Shown here: positions 1 to 14,650 of the stretch, one piece after another
Layout of the letters: each line of letters opens with the position of its first letter
Numbering within the stretch: position 1 is the stretch's first letter
Assembly (NCBI GenBank): GCA_044892525.1
Contig: CM097885.1
Location: 47,245,727-47,309,726 of the forward strand
DNA length: 64,000 nucleotides
Origin: Schmidtea polychroa
Lineage: Eukaryota
Reading direction: 5' to 3'
Program-made: the position numbers and the translations under genes
Notes under the pieces: model-generated
What the model saw: only the letters and a program-made list of their open reading frames with translations
What the model was told of the DNA's origin: nothing
Database searches by the model: none

Positions 1-899
1 GTAGCAAAAACAAATAACATAAAAATTTATTTTGAAACATATTTTGAGAAATAAAATTGTCAAAGAGATTTTACTAAAGCCCATTAGACAATTACTTGGT
101 AACGATCTACACAACAACTACATCCAACGATGCACGAGTATTCAGGTTCTATTTCCTTGATATATCTATGAATTTTCACATCCCACAAGAATTGGCTTAT
201 GATGTAGAAAATTGATATTTTGTGCGATTGTAGACCGAGCCGGGAATCATAGTTTCTGGTCGGTCTTTCGTCACCTTGTCCATTTCCAGTTAACAAAACT
301 TAGACCACTCCACAATAACGACAGCATATTCATCTGAAAATAAAATATTAAAAAATGAAAATAATAAATTAAAATTAACCGTAATGCTCCATTTTATTTC
401 CATTACCGTATGACGTATTATACAGTTTACAACTGACATGAAATGAATAGACAACCATAAACCAATCAGATATTGAACCAATAGAATGATTTAATTTTTT
501 ATGTTAGTAATAAATTATTTGTACTAAAAACGTCGCAACCACAATACCACAATTTTACCACTAGCAAACACGTTAACACACATAGGATTAATGCTGGAAA
601 AGTAGGAAATAATGCTGGTTCAAACATACAGTGACATTTTCTTGAAATATTGTATAAATTGATACTAGGTTCCATATAAATAATAACTGTAATTGATTGA
701 ATTTTAATGTTATTTATTTGATATTGTAACTAATCCGGTTGTAAACTTTATATTTGACACATCAATATTTTTATAATTAATATTTGATAACATTATTAAA
801 TGATCTATGAAATTTTAATCTTTATATACCCTTTTTAGTAGGATCTCAACAAAATGTCTAATATAAACAAAAATTATATTTATAAAACTTAATAATGCA

Positions 900-1445
900 A
901 TATTGAAATGATGTGGTATACCAAATCGTTGGCCCAAGTGGTTGTTAAAAAACCTCGTTTATCTGTAAGTTATTAAAGTCTGAATTATTCAAATCAAAAT
1001 TCAATAAAATTTATTGACACAGGGGTGTAGACGAAGAACATGGATTGATTCAAGATAAAGTAAAGGGATTTGATAAAAACTGCTCAACTCGAATAAAGAA
1101 AGGTGATGTCATCATAATTTGTATGAAGAAGCCAATAAAGAAAATATTTTTAGTAATTTATTCACCAAGTCAGTAGACATGTTGATGTTACTATTATTTT
1201 TATAACTCAAAACCAGTTACATCAGGGTGGTGGACATCGAACTCGTAATTTGAATGTTCAATATTTAGTTGTTTTCAAGAATCCCTAAGATGCAACTGTT
1301 ATTGATTTTCTCGCAAGACAAGAAAATCCTAATAATCCTAGTTTTCTAATCAGTGTATTTCAAGATTCTACAAAATTGACACATATGTATATATTTCTTG
1401 ATTTCATACAACAATGTTCTGATGATTCACGGGTAAAAACAAAGA
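900..1445 (+). pseudogene. FtsK/A32-like DNA packaging ATPase of Polinton
   Basis: Manual translation gives YQIVGPSGC*KTSF (Walker A, GGC at 931), then SNLFTK..SRHVDVTIIFITQN..HRTRNLNVQYLVVFKNP*D..IDFLARQ..FQDST..YIFLDF. Broken by stops and frameshifts. Confidence 0.85.
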
Positions 1446-1622
1446 AAGGTGCCTTAATTTATAAACAAAGTTGAAAACATGCTTGAGTAATAATATTGTT
1501 AAAAGCACGAGTTAAAAATCTCCGAAAACTTAGAAAAAGTATTAGAAAGAGTATTAAAATCAAAGTTCCACCAAAAACTCTTTATACTCCATTAAAAACT
1601 TAAAACTGAAAATTTTACGGCA

Positions 1623-2017
1623 ATGAATTTTATTTCAAAAAATCCTAAACCTAATAATGAGAAGAAGAATAATAAAAAGAAACATACTAAAGTTATTAAA
1701 AATCATCGGAGTTTCCTGTTTTTAATGCATTGTTAAAGGCACCGAGCATGAAAAGAATGAATATTTTACATTCATTTCCTAATTTTGTCGATGATTTACT
1801 CGATATTATACTTAAAGTAGTCAAAGGCAAGATTAAAATCGGCAAATCCAAAGAAAATGTATTGAATAGACACAGGAAACCTTAGTTATCGTTAGTAACT
1901 AATAAAAATCGTAAATAAATGAAAAAAATTATATATAAATAACAAGACGAATTTATTGGTGCATCGATACCATTGGCATTATCATTATTACGTTGATAAA
2001 TAGGAAGCCGATCATAA
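1623..2017 (+). pseudogene. Basic virion protein, paralog of 63602-63997
   Basis: MNFISKNPKP...LLKAPSMKRMNILHSFPNFV..FIGA.IPLALSLL aligns with the 131-aa ORF at 63602-63997. Disrupted. Confidence 0.85.
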
Positions 2018-2078
2018 ATAATAGATGCTAACTCTTCATTGCTTAATGTTAAATTAAAATTTAAATCTTCTTACTGTA

Positions 2079-2386
2079 ATGGAGAAGATTTGGACAAACC
2101 CCGAAGACGAAGCAGGTTTCGATACAGTAGCAAAGTTAAAGAAACGAGTTCCGAATTCGAAAACAGAAACCCAGAAGTGGTTATCAGAACAACTAGCGTA
2201 CAGTTTGGATAAGTCATTAAGGAAGAGATTTTCGACAATTGCTTATAAAACATAAATTAACAAGGATTTTTAATATATTTTAACATGTATTGATGTTTTC
2301 AGTCGATTTTACCGCGCTATTCAAGCCTAATGCAATTAATCATTTATTTGAAGATGGACATCCAGATAATGTTGAAACAGATTTAG
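2079..2386 (+). pseudogene. Polinton retroviral-like integrase, exon 1 (internally deleted)
   Basis: MEKIWTNPEDEAGF..KWLSEQLAYSL..ILTCIDVFSRF..FEDGHPDNVETDL. Ends at G|GTATT (donor at 2387), the same point as the copy at 63152. Confidence 0.85.
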
Positions 2387-2546
<160 letters not shown>

Positions 2547-2838
2547 TGTCGTCGATTCTTCTTTAAATTATGAATAGGAAAGGGAGAATTTATTCTAGAT
2601 ATTAAAAGTAAATTAAAATAATTGAACAAATAATTTCTTTTCATAACAAGTCAATTTCACAAATAACAATTCATTTATAATGCTTTTTCGTTGGTCAATT
2701 TTTTTACTAGTCAAGTTGAATATCTCCAGTATATTTTTGTGCAATAAAAATCAAGATTATTCCAGTACATTATCATTTATAAATTTAATATTTTCCCAGT
2801 TATTTTTCTAGATCTAAATAGTTACTTATTTCTTTTTA

Positions 2839-3441
2839 ATGACTCATAATGAATACGAAACCAAATTTGAAGATACTTGGTATTATCCAACAAGAAATAT
2901 ACGAATACCGACGGATGATTATGACGTTAAATCTCTCAAATATCAAGGATGTTCAAATTGGAGAGAAGAAACGATATTGTTCTGTCAGAGTACAAGTATT
3001 CGTGGAATACCACACATTTTCAGAGCTCGAAATAAAACTGTCAGAGTCATGTGGTTATTCTTTGTATCAACTTTGATAATAGGATGGTGTATTTGTATGA
3101 TATTTCTATTACGACAATATCTAGAGTTTAATGTCATTCATCCTCCTCAAGTAATTAGAGACGCAAACTCACCTTTTCCGTCGGTAACTGTTTGTAATCT
3201 GCGTCCAATATCTCCACAAGGTGAACGAGTTCTTCAAGAAAATTCATTTAAAACTCCAAGAAATTATGCTCAAGATAGTAATAACTATGGAATACAGTAT
3301 TTCTTGAAGAAGAAAAATCGTAAGGATTATACGACTTATACTGGAACTCTTAATTTCCCGGCCTACTTAGAAAGTTTGCCATCTAATTTTGAGAGGAAAT
3401 CACTGGGTTATAATTTGAGTAATTTTGTTATCAATTGCCAG
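2839..3441 (+). CDS. DEG/ENaC (amiloride-sensitive, ASIC/FaNaC-like) cation channel, coding exon 1
   Basis: FCQSTSIRGIPHI (HG-motif region), TM1 VMWLFFVSTLIIGWCICMIFLL, FPSVTVCNLRP post-TM1 signature. 603 nt, ending in a phase-0 donor CAG|GTAAAT at 3441/3442. Confidence 0.93.
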
Positions 3442-6400
3442 GTAAATTTACTGAAAAGTCAAACTAATAATTTTAATAATATATTTAAATTATAAAGAAA
3501 AAATTCTTTCCTAAAATTCTTTCCTTTTGTTATCTCTTTGAGTAGTCAATTAAGTAAAACGGAGTAAGGGCAGCAAATAGCAGTACGTATGAATTTTTAA
3601 ATGAGCCCCTCAAAATTTCTATGATTACTTTTTGCATTATTTGATACGAAATATATTTATTATCATTAATAATTCACAATGTTAATTTCACTTGATCAAA
3701 TTTCCTTTCCTTGCTATTGGGTTCGATCATAATATGAAAAAATGGAGGTTATCTTGAATTTCATCGAACTTACATTGTTATTTTCCGAATGAAAATTATA
3801 TTAAAAATTATAAATAAAAATCTAAAAATAAAAATGCGAATTGAAATACCTTAATGAACGTCGTAGCAAGAAATAAGTTAAGTAAATAAAATCCCAATTT
3901 AACTAAATTTTATTATTTTCCTCTATTTTATTGATTTTCTTTCGATAATTATTGAAAAATAAAACAATATTTATTAATAAAAAAATTTTGGTCAAAAAAT
4001 AATTTATTTTTATTAAATATATATTGAGTTATAATCTATTTCCATTTAAGTAAAAATTCACCTTTAAAAAATCAATTTAAAGAAAAGTAAAAATAAAAAC
4101 ACAAATAAACTCAAGAAGAACATTTTAGAAAAATGATAATTATTGTTATGGTTACAAAAAGAAGTGCAAAAGAAAAGTTAAATAGAAAATTAATAAAAAT
4201 TCTTGTAAAAATTGAACAAGTCATAAATTATGCACAATGAAAATGAAAAATTATTTTAAAGTAATTTTGAGGCATATAAGAAATACTATGTTTTTAAATA
4301 AAATACTTTTTATTGTCTTTAATTATTATTAATTAAAAGATAAAAATATTTGTTAATAATATGGCTAGCAATAATAGTTTCAGAAAATATTTTGTTTTAT
4401 CACAATGTAAATTAGTATCATTTTATTAGATTTTTTGACATAATTAAAACATAAATACTAAAATATATTAATTTAATGAGCAGTCAGTATGCGAAGTGCT
4501 TTATCTATATAATTTTCTTTTTATTTGGAATTTTTTAATATTTCATGAAATATTATTATTAAAAAGATAAAAATATTTCGAAGTAAATATCAATATATTT
4601 AGTACATAGGAAAAATCAATATATTTTATTAGTGGCACGTGAAAGGTTTTTTGGGTTACACGTTTTGAAATGACGTTTTATGAAAATTTTAGTACTTTAA
4701 TTTTCCAATTACTGTGAAAAGGTAAAAATTTATGTTTGGTTTGAATCGGGCAACATAATTTACGCGAAACTGTTATTTTGGTAATTTGTATTGATGTTTT
4801 TATTTACTGTGTATATTATAGTCAAATAAAATTATCTTAAGTTTATTTTAGTGGCGCGTAGAGTAATCAGTACTTCTGTGGCACTCGGATTTGGATTGCC
4901 GACCTCCGTCTTAGACACTATCCTTCCAGTAGCTGTTTGTAGTGCTAAAGAAATACCGAAGTATAAAACCATCAGAATATTGACTGTGACGCATATTTTA
5001 CATGTTTTACACTAGCGACAGAAATTTAATTATTTGTGAATAACTGTCAAATATTTAAAACCTTTCATTTTCACCATTGATTGAACAAAAATACTTTTGT
5101 TTTCAATCGCTAACTGTCATTTTTGAAACAGTCTTTATCAATTGTTAGAATTAAATTGATTTATGTGTATAATTTATGTAAATCAGGTAATGATGAAATA
5201 TTAATACTAAAAGATCAAAACTCTTTTTAAAATTGGTTTTAAATAGTAAAGAATGAAATAAATCAGAAAAATCAAAAGATGAAAATAATTTTTCTATGCA
5301 ACATATATTTTCGGCTTTGCTTTTATCAAGTGTTATATAATTTTTTAACCAATCGTTTGCTTAATGGATACTTTTTTTTAATTTTATATTTTAACTTTAT
5401 TCTATTGGACCATAATTTATTTCAATTTTTTAAAAACAACGAAAATTTGGAGAAAAGAAAAGAGAAGAATTCTGGTTCTATGCGAGCAAAATGTTAATGG
5501 TAGGACTTTGCTTTTTGAGTAACAAGATATTTTTAAAAAATGTCTTTTAACATTAGGCATTTTGTTTTATCAGAGGATAGTATATTCTTGAAAATATAAA
5601 TGATCCTATTGATATCAATATTTTTGTTTATTTTATTTAAACAATCAAACATTTTTAAGTTGAAAGAAATGAATAATGAGACTGTGTTTAAAGATGTAAA
5701 TAATAAGATAAATAAATTAATAATATAACTAAAGATTATAGGAAGTTCACACTTAAAAATCTTTTACTAAAACCAGTATACGGGACTTCATCATAAATTT
5801 TACATTAACATAAATCTTTCTTAGAACTAAAGTGTTTTCCATACCTTCTCTTTTTATAGACAAAGCAGCCTATCAACAAATATTTCTAAAATATAATTTA
5901 AGCAATTTTCATTTCCACGAGAAATAAATAAACAAAATTTGTGGTCATCCATTGGAAATATATTGACCAGCTGTGCCCAAACCACAAAATAAAATCTTCT
6001 ATTTTTGATTAAAAATTAAAAAATTATTAAAAGTTTAAAGTTTTTATTTTTTCATTATTTTAAATTGAAATAAATTCATGTGTTTAAAACGAATTATTGG
6101 TAAAAATTTAAAAAAATTTAATATTAGATCAAAACCTATTTACAATATAATATGCAATGTATACAAAAAAACAAAAGTGTATGAATTTAGTTTTCAATTG
6201 TTTTCAAATTTTTTGTTTCAATAATTTTATCATTCAATCCTTTATTTTTTTATTTGTTTTAATATTTGATTGTTTATCACAATGAAAATAAATAGAATTT
6301 AATTTAATAATTTAATTGCTCTATATTCAATCATTTTTCATTTATAGTTTGTAAGATTAACTCAAAACAGGATTAGAAATAAAGCCAAATGTGTTATTAA

Positions 6401-6807
6401 AATCACAAATAAAAATTGTCCGAAATAACGAAATACATATTTGTTTGAAATGTAATTATAAAATGAATAAGTGTGGAAAATTTTATTGCCAAACGAAATT
6501 GAAGGGGAAAATCCATTAGACCAACACTTCTATGACCGGCACTTTCGAATTTATGGATTAGAGGGAGATTAAAACAAATTGAATTTTACCCCAATTTTGA
6601 AATGTTAACCGTAAACAAACAATAATTTGTAATTTCTACCAATAATATTTCCCCATTAATATATATTTGAGATTAATAACAAATTTATTTTTAATTCGTT
6701 GATATTTAATTAGTATTCAATCTTTTATTTTAATTATCTTTTGATGATATTTGGAAATAAATGTAATGAGTTACGTAAAATTATATTAGCGAATATTTGG
6801 TACATAG

Positions 6808-7185
6808 AGGGTTGACCGCATGTCGTTTGACCATGGGTAGGATGTCCATAAGTGGTTTCTTTATAAGTGTATAAATAATATGAAATATGAATATGCATTA
6901 AATGTAAGTAAATTTAGCAAATAAAATGCTTATGAAGTTTAGATTTGATTTTATCATTTATATGTGATGTGTAAAGTGTAGGAATAAGTGAGATTTTCTA
7001 GTAAATTTACAGTTCTAATTTGTTAAACGATGCTAACTATTTAGCATTCATTCATTGACAATATTAAAGAAACTTGTCACATCCCTAATAGTCTTATGGG
7101 AGAAAAAACCTACTAAAACTATCCAATTAATGATGAACCTATGGTCAAACTTGTGGTAACACTTGCGGTCAAACTTCCTAGAACT
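6808..7185. mobile_element. Non-autonomous TIR element (MULE-like MITE), decayed
   Basis: TTGACCGCA/TTTGACCAT at the left and ATGGTCAAAC/TGCGGTCAAAC..CTAGAAC at the right are inverted. No clear TSD. Confidence 0.45.
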
Positions 7186-8828
7186 AATTATTTAAAAAAT
7201 ATTTAAATGTACAAAAGGAATTATTTAAACCGCTGTATATTTTGTCGAAAAAGAATGAATAGCATAATGTACATATTTGTGATTTTCCTAGTATTTATTA
7301 ATTTTGTTCCATACTGTTACTATTATTATTTTTTTATATTATTATTATAATTATCTCCAAAATTTGTATTTTATTTTATTTCAATTTAATTATATTTAAT
7401 TTTCTTTTAATTATAAAAAATGATCATTATAATCATTATATAAATAATCATTATATAAATTAAATAATATTTTCTTCGTGGCAAGTGATCGGGTGATATA
7501 ATTAATCTATTATTTTTTTCTAAAATGAATTTTGATAAATATTTGAAAACAGTATTATTATATTAAACAATACTTCATTTTATAAAACATGAATTCATTA
7601 TTATTTAAAATTAAATATTTCTTCAAAAGAAATTTTTTTATAATTAATTTTCAATATTTACAAGTTATTCCATGATTTTTTTAGAGTTAAACAAATCAAT
7701 GAAATAATAATGTAAAATTTAATATTTTTCATTTAGTTATTACTATTTTCACGACAAAATAAAATTCTATTCCATTTTCTTTGATCAAATAAATTGTAAT
7801 TTTAGATTTTTAGAGTTCAGCTTGGAAGCTTGATTAGAGGGTTTTAAAAAAAATTTGGATAATATTGATGGATTGGTAACCGCTGGATAACCACCCCCCA
7901 TTCTGAGGATTTTCTTTTTCCTAAAATGCATATTTTTTATGTTGGTCAAATAAAAATTAAGTATGTCAAATATATACACATATTATACAGTTGAATTCAA
8001 TCGCCTTTAAAAACAGGGAACCGCTGGATCAATGTAGGTCAAATACACACACATTTCATATAGTTTTATTAATACAAAGCTTATTTATTATTAAATTTAT
8101 ATATAATGTGTGTGTGTATTTGTCCTATATAAAAACTGAAAAACTTTTTGTTTAGGCATTTTGATTAAATTTCTTAATATAAATTAAATATAAGGGACTT
8201 TAATGCCATTTTATTTGAGAAAATACAAAGTCTTGATCAAGAATATTTGAGAAAATTACATAAATACCTAAATGTTAAATGGATTTTAGTGTTTTTTATT
8301 ATAAATCTCTTATTATATAATTTACTTCGAACATAACAACCTAAACAACTAAAACAAAAAACCAACAGTCCTTGTTATTCTAAAAACGAAAATTATTGTT
8401 AATTTATAAATTTCATTTATTTGATAAAATCCTATAATAATTATAAACTCAAAATTAAATTTTTAAATAAATATATCTTTATACCCGGATTCTTAAAATT
8501 AGATGCTTAAAACAAATATTATTTTTGGATTATTAAATAATTTAATTTAAATTTAATTTAATGAATATACGGCAATTTATTAATAGAGATCCGGATTTAA
8601 TGATACCTTTCTCGTTACTATTAGGAATTTTAGGAATATTCTATTTATACTATTTTAGGAATATTCTGAATCTTTTGTCCTTACCTAATTTTTTAATCTT
8701 TTTCACGGTATACGTTTAGGGATGATATGAAAAAAATATCAAAAAATAACAAAACCAAATATTGTTTCACTAATGTACGCTTCATTAATTTTAACTACCT
8801 TTAAACATGTGCGATTGTTTCTGTTGAT

Positions 8829-9160
8829 TATATTTTCAACAGCCTGAAGTGCTTCCATAATTGTTTTAATTCCCAAAATGTTAATCAAATTAGTTTTGGT
8901 CATACCAATAACAGTATCGACAATAGTTAAAGTTCATGCATCTTTATGGGGATTGATTTTAATCATTAAATCCTTTGTAGTATTGAGGATTGATGGATAT
9001 GTTAACCATTAGTATCTAATTTTGTCTAATGCATCGTGGGAATTTGAATTTAATTCACGCATAAATATTTCTTTGTTGGAATAGTAAGCATTGATAATAA
9101 GGCTCAACAATTGGGTGATTTTTGCTTGAAATGCAAATGTCTCAGATTCATTGTTTCCAT
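8829..9160 (-). pseudogene. hsp90: Cytosolic HSP90 N-terminal fragment
   Basis: Manual translation: [81 protein letters not shown]. Two stops; the TIAKSG segment is deleted. Confidence 0.93.
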
Positions 9161-12100
9161 TAAATTTATTACAAACATTAAAAATCAATCCAAGAGAAAC
9201 AATTATATTATTGAAAAATCAATTAATCTCAAAAATTCCAGAAAACGAATAAATAATTCAAAAAATCAATAATTCACAATTCAAAATCCAATAATAATGG
9301 AAATGTTTAAGCAAAGAACAAGAATGCGCATAGATACGCGAAGAACTAAACTACAATATAATGACACACATAATTGACCAAAACAGTGATATTGTTTAAT
9401 ATTATTTATGGTTTGATTTATAATTTGAATAATTATAATTAATTTTTATTAATTATTACTAATTTTATTAATTATTATTAATTTTTGAAAAATTACTTCC
9501 AACTTGTAAATTAAAATAGAATTTTCTATTTTTGGAAATAAAATAAAAATGATTATTATCTAAAAGGAAAAACAAATTGGCAAAACTAAAATTAAAGATT
9601 TTATTGATAATTTTTATATAATTAAATAATAATAAATATACAATTATTAATTCATATAATATAAAAAATCACAATGAAAAGGGTTTAGTGAAAATATATG
9701 TTTCATAATTAATTATATATGTTATAATTATATAGTTGAATTTAAAGGGAAAAAATAATTTAGTTCTTAACCTTCAAATCAACCTCAGAATTTCTGTTAC
9801 TCTAATAATCATGTTGACTATCGTTTTTCTTATTTTGACAGGAAAATCTTAATTCAACAAAATATTATTTGATTAGTGATTTGTTTGAATTGAACAAAAA
9901 CCTTTCATTTTCATATTACATTTTATCACTGCATTTCATTAAAATGTTAAAATTCTATTCAAATTATTTTGATTAAATTAATAGATTACAATTTTAAAAT
10001 TGCTGAGAAATAATTTTATTCAAATTTATGATTATTTCCTAATTGAAAACTTAAAATAATTTATAATATTTATTTCGAAATTATAAATTTCTGTTTATTA
10101 TAAAATTTTTTGAAAATTCAAATTTCAGAATGACCAATATTTTACAGATTTTTCCTTTTAAAGAAACAGCTAAGACCCTTGTAAACCTTGTTTTTGATGT
10201 CCAATACTTAGACCTTCAGTGTTTTTCATAATTAGTATGTTATCCTTGTTAACCATTCAGTTAACTAAGTTTCCCATTCTAACGAGAATACCTTACAATC
10301 AGATCCAACACGAGTAGTAGTCATTTTGGATGCTGATAATTATTAAACATCATAATTTATTTTTTTCTCTCTGATCACATTGTTGGTAATGCCCGCCTCC
10401 CTCGCAGTTTTAAATATATTTTCTGCTTTTTCGCAAAGATATTTAAATATTTGTTTCTTATTCTGTATAATAGATGATTTTCTTCCCAAGGATATTGAAT
10501 ATTTTATTAGTTTTATAATATAAAAATTTTAAAAATGTAAAATTAATAAATTCCTCTAATGAATAATAAAATTCCAATATTATAAAATATATTATAATAT
10601 AATTATATAAATTTAAATTTAAATTAAAAATTATTTAAAAAATTTTGAATAAATTTAATAGATTTAAATTATTGTCGAATCCATATTTTACATGAAAAAA
10701 TAAATAATTTATATTAATGATTACTCTAAACCTTTTTTTCAAATTAAATTTCCAGCTTACATCTCCGTGAAAGAACTGGAGTATTCTTTTAATTTTATCC
10801 ATTTTTAAAATATGTTTCATATGAGTTAGTTATATTAATTAATAGATTATTTTAATATTTAATTTTGTGGTAAAATATTTGAAGAGTGTAAAATATATAA
10901 TAACATTTAATTGTCTTAGAGCATACACAAAAATGTATAAATACAAAGGGGGAATGGAAATATTTTACAAATTAATTAGAAACTAAGTACATATTCAATC
11001 AATATTTCTTTGAGTGAAATGTGGTAACGGTTAGCAAATGAAAATCTCTAGACGTATTATTGACAAGAGGTCTCTGGGAGGGCCTAGAACCGAAAAACTC
11101 TGTAAACTAGATGACAGCTACCATTATAGGAAATTATATGTGAGAAGCAATCCACATATAATCCGACTTAAAAATCTTAAAAAAACAGAAATTTTAATTA
11201 CACTGAATTTTGAATAGAGCCGATTGCCGGAGATAAAAGCTAATAAAGGACAATTAGACGAAGCCGATTGTATTTTGGTTGGGTGATATCCATTGGGTTT
11301 CTATCCAGGAATCCCATTGTGTAATTGATTGAAGGAAGTACCTTCAATTGTGATAAAATGCATGAATAATTTTGTTAGGATAATATTGATTTTGATTTAG
11401 CACAAGGACTCAGGTCGAGACATAATTCCTATCGACAAATCATTAACATCCTAACAATATTCTAATACGCAACTTGTATTCTTTGCACAATCTAACAATT
11501 GTATTTGCAATAAGTGTACAGAATTGTTTCTGAAAGAAATGACCTTTTATGCTTCGCATATCAGTAGGCTTTATAATCATTATATCAACAGGAAGATTAG
11601 TTTCCCGGAATTAGTGAACTTTTTTGAAATATAGCTCTAATTGATATGACATATTTCTATTTTTTGGAGGACAGAACAAAAAAGTAAAAATAAAGAATTA
11701 AAGATTTTATATCTTTATTATATTAATTATAATTAATTTGTTTTCAATGATTACATTAAAGGAAAGTGGAAGGATTATTAATTTTATATGTATAATTAAA
11801 TAAATTAAAATAATAGATTAAAAGGTTAAAAATTTAATCTTTATCTGTATAATTAATAACTACAATAAATAATATTATCAAATATAAACCATATTATCAA
11901 ATCCAAAAAAAATCTAAAAGTTAATTATATGACATAAACTATAAAATTAAATTAATTAATAATATTTAACTAATTGAGCTCTGTTTCATATAGGTATTAT
12001 GGAAAATGATTATAATTGCATAATAGTTTGCAATATTTTCAACTGAAAATAAATTATATTTCCATTAGGTTCAATGAACAATGTTTGATACTTGCGAAAT

Positions 12101-12516
12101 TTCAATAAATTTTCGTTTCAATTTCTTTTTAATTTCAATTTTATGGTGTTTCCCGAAATAACTCGCCTTTCTACGCAAAGTCAGGCCATCACACGATTGC
12201 TGTTGGGAATTCTCTCTGTTTTGCTATTATAAATTTCCCGATGCTTAGAACAAACAAATATAAAAGAGAAGGCACCTGCCAAAGGTAATGAAATCTTTTC
12301 TCAGTGTATTTCAATAATAAGTGAAAAGTAGTGAAAATTGCAATTCACCAATCCAAAATTAATGTTTTATTAAAAAACTTTTCCCTATATTATCTGGTTT
12401 AAACAACATATTTGGTCAATCCATAACTATATAAAAACATAGTCAACTTGAATTATAAGCTTTATAAATGAATTTAATTTTGCAATGTCTTATGAGAAAA
12501 CGATGTCTCATATATA

Positions 12517-12812
12517 CAGCACCGGCGCTAGAGTTTCAGATAATGTGTGAAAATTGCATATTACCGCCTTCGCATTCCATAATAAGAGTAAAAAAACGAT
12601 AAATGCATACATAACAAAACAATATAACTTTATTACTTTTAATTTAATTCATATTTATTATAAAAACATAAAAATCTTAATATATAAGCAAACTATTTTG
12701 AAAAATTGTTATGGAAATAACAAATTTCTGTACAATTTTGCCGCCTTTTGTATTTTTCCGCCGTGGCGCCTGCGTGAAAATCACGCATCGTACCCGCCTC
12801 ACGCCGGGGCTG
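12517..12812. mobile_element. hAT-type MITE
   Basis: TIR CAGCACCGGCG / CGCCGGGGCTG (1 mismatch). 8-bp TSD CATATATA / CACATATA (1 mismatch). Confidence 0.75.
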
Positions 12813-13082
12813 CACATATACATCAGTAAATCTTTTCTATAAAAATAATTATTTTATTACCACGTTTTTCTTAACTTGCTTTATTGTATTTATGCATGTT
12901 CGGGTCAAATCTTTCGATCGAAATTTGAAGCACTTCCCATAAACCAATTTCGCTCAAATTTTGTATACATGCTTCCCTTCACACAATATTTTAATAATAC
13001 TTTCAGAACTTAATTATAATTTAATTAAGATTTTTAAAATTGAAAAATATTTATATGGAAAAAGTAATCCGACGTCAATGAT

Positions 13083-13487
13083 CAGTGCTTTTTTTTCTGA
13101 CGGAACGCTCCGGAACGGCGTTACGGCACCTTTTTTCGCTGAATGATTTAAAAAAATGGACATGTTTTGGTGTTTTGTCATATTTCTATTTCTGACATTT
13201 CAAATAGTCAATTACAATCAAATTGAAAGTAGTAGTCATACGCCAAAGCGAGTGAATCATAACTCCGTGCTTCCTATGTGTTATTACTATTATATAAAAC
13301 ACGCTCACGGTAAATATACGCCATTGATATACTACGTCATTAAAATCGTTTCCTGTTATCGGTAATAAGTGTATATTTTGTGTCCTGCATAATTATGTTA
13401 TTTGTTGACTAATTTCAGCGTCATTTTTTTGCATATAAAGAATAGTACAGATACGTTCCGGCACCTTTTTTCCAGAAAAAAGCACTG
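13083..13487. mobile_element. hAT-type MITE
   Basis: TIR CAGTGCTTTTTTTTCTG / CAGAAAAAAGCACTG. Perfect 8-bp TSD TCAATGAT. Confidence 0.88.
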
Positions 13488-13834
13488 TCAATGATTACAT
13501 GTATTTTTCGTCAAATTTCATATTCTCATGGACAATTTGGAAAAACATTTGACCGTTATGTTTATAAAAAATATCCAATATCAATTATGCATTTTGTTAT
13601 ATTAAATATATCATGCCTAAAACATATCTCAAGAATCATTTGAAATATTAGAACGTGTGGCACTTACCACTCTTAATTTTATCAACTTAATAAGGAAAAC
13701 CTTTCTTACTTTAAATTGATTTAAAGTTTTGTGCTTAAAGTACAGTTTAGTACTTTTTACTTGAATCAGTTTACACAATTACGCGAAAAGTAAACAATTC
13801 AGGAGATGTAAGTTTTGAAAATATTGCAAAAATA

Positions 13835-14650
13835 ATATATGTAAAAAAACCTTTTAAAATACATACTTAGAGCTTATAGCAATATTCTATAACTAAAAAC
13901 GTGGGTCGCATTTTAGAATAAGTGTCAAAATATTGATGCATAAAACCTTAATTATACTGGTAAAGCTATAAATGTGTTGGCTTTCTAGTAAGCATTAGGA
14001 AGGGATTTATCATGTTCACATTCATTTCAATAACAATTTTGAATGAAAGTAAAAATTATAAAGTTAAGAAATTCTATTTATAAAACATTCTGATAATGCA
14101 CCTGAAATCAAGCAATTTAATGATTGAAAAATCATAGATTTGTTTTAAAAAACGAAGTTCTCATTAAATGCACCTGAAATCAAGCAATTTAATGATTGAA
14201 AAATCATAGATTTGTTTTAAAAAACGAAGTCTCATTAAAGGTTACAAGAGGAAATTAAAGCGATACAGTTAAAGTAGTAAAATTCATGCATTGAAAACTT
14301 CATGTCCTAGTGATTAACATTAATAAGAAAAAACTCATTCAACTAGATTACTACTTTATAGTTTTATCATTCTGAATTATTTTGATCCATGTTATAAATT
14401 ATATGCAGAGATATATAACTGTTGTAATAATCACGTTAAGGATTGAGCAATTTCAATATTCTTGACTTTTCTCGAATTTATAAAACATATTTTGATACTT
14501 ATTCTTAAATGCGCCCACGTTTTCAGTTATAGAGTATTGCTGTAAGCTCTAAGTATGTATGTATTCAAGATATTTAGGCCCAGAAAAATTATTTTCTTCT
14601 TTTTAGTTCAAAAGAAAAACGTGGTATTTTAAAGTTTCTTTTACATATAT
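13835..14650. mobile_element. Foldback-type non-autonomous element with long TIRs and an internal ~72-bp tandem duplication
   Basis: 13859-13914 is the reverse complement of ~14507-14561, and 13835-13862 of ~14624-14650. Direct duplication at ~14095-14166 / 14167-14237. Confidence 0.65.

Noticed and set aside
1..880. Possible further Polinton genes upstream of the ATPase
   Set aside because: No recognisable translation, and no second copy in the window for comparison.
3442..3495. C-terminal VNLLKSQ..FKL of the 218-aa ORF
   Set aside because: Read-through into the intron past the CAG|GTAAAT donor.
10160..11620. GC-richer patches that may be old pogo/MULE transposase remnants
   Set aside because: No motif could be read with confidence.
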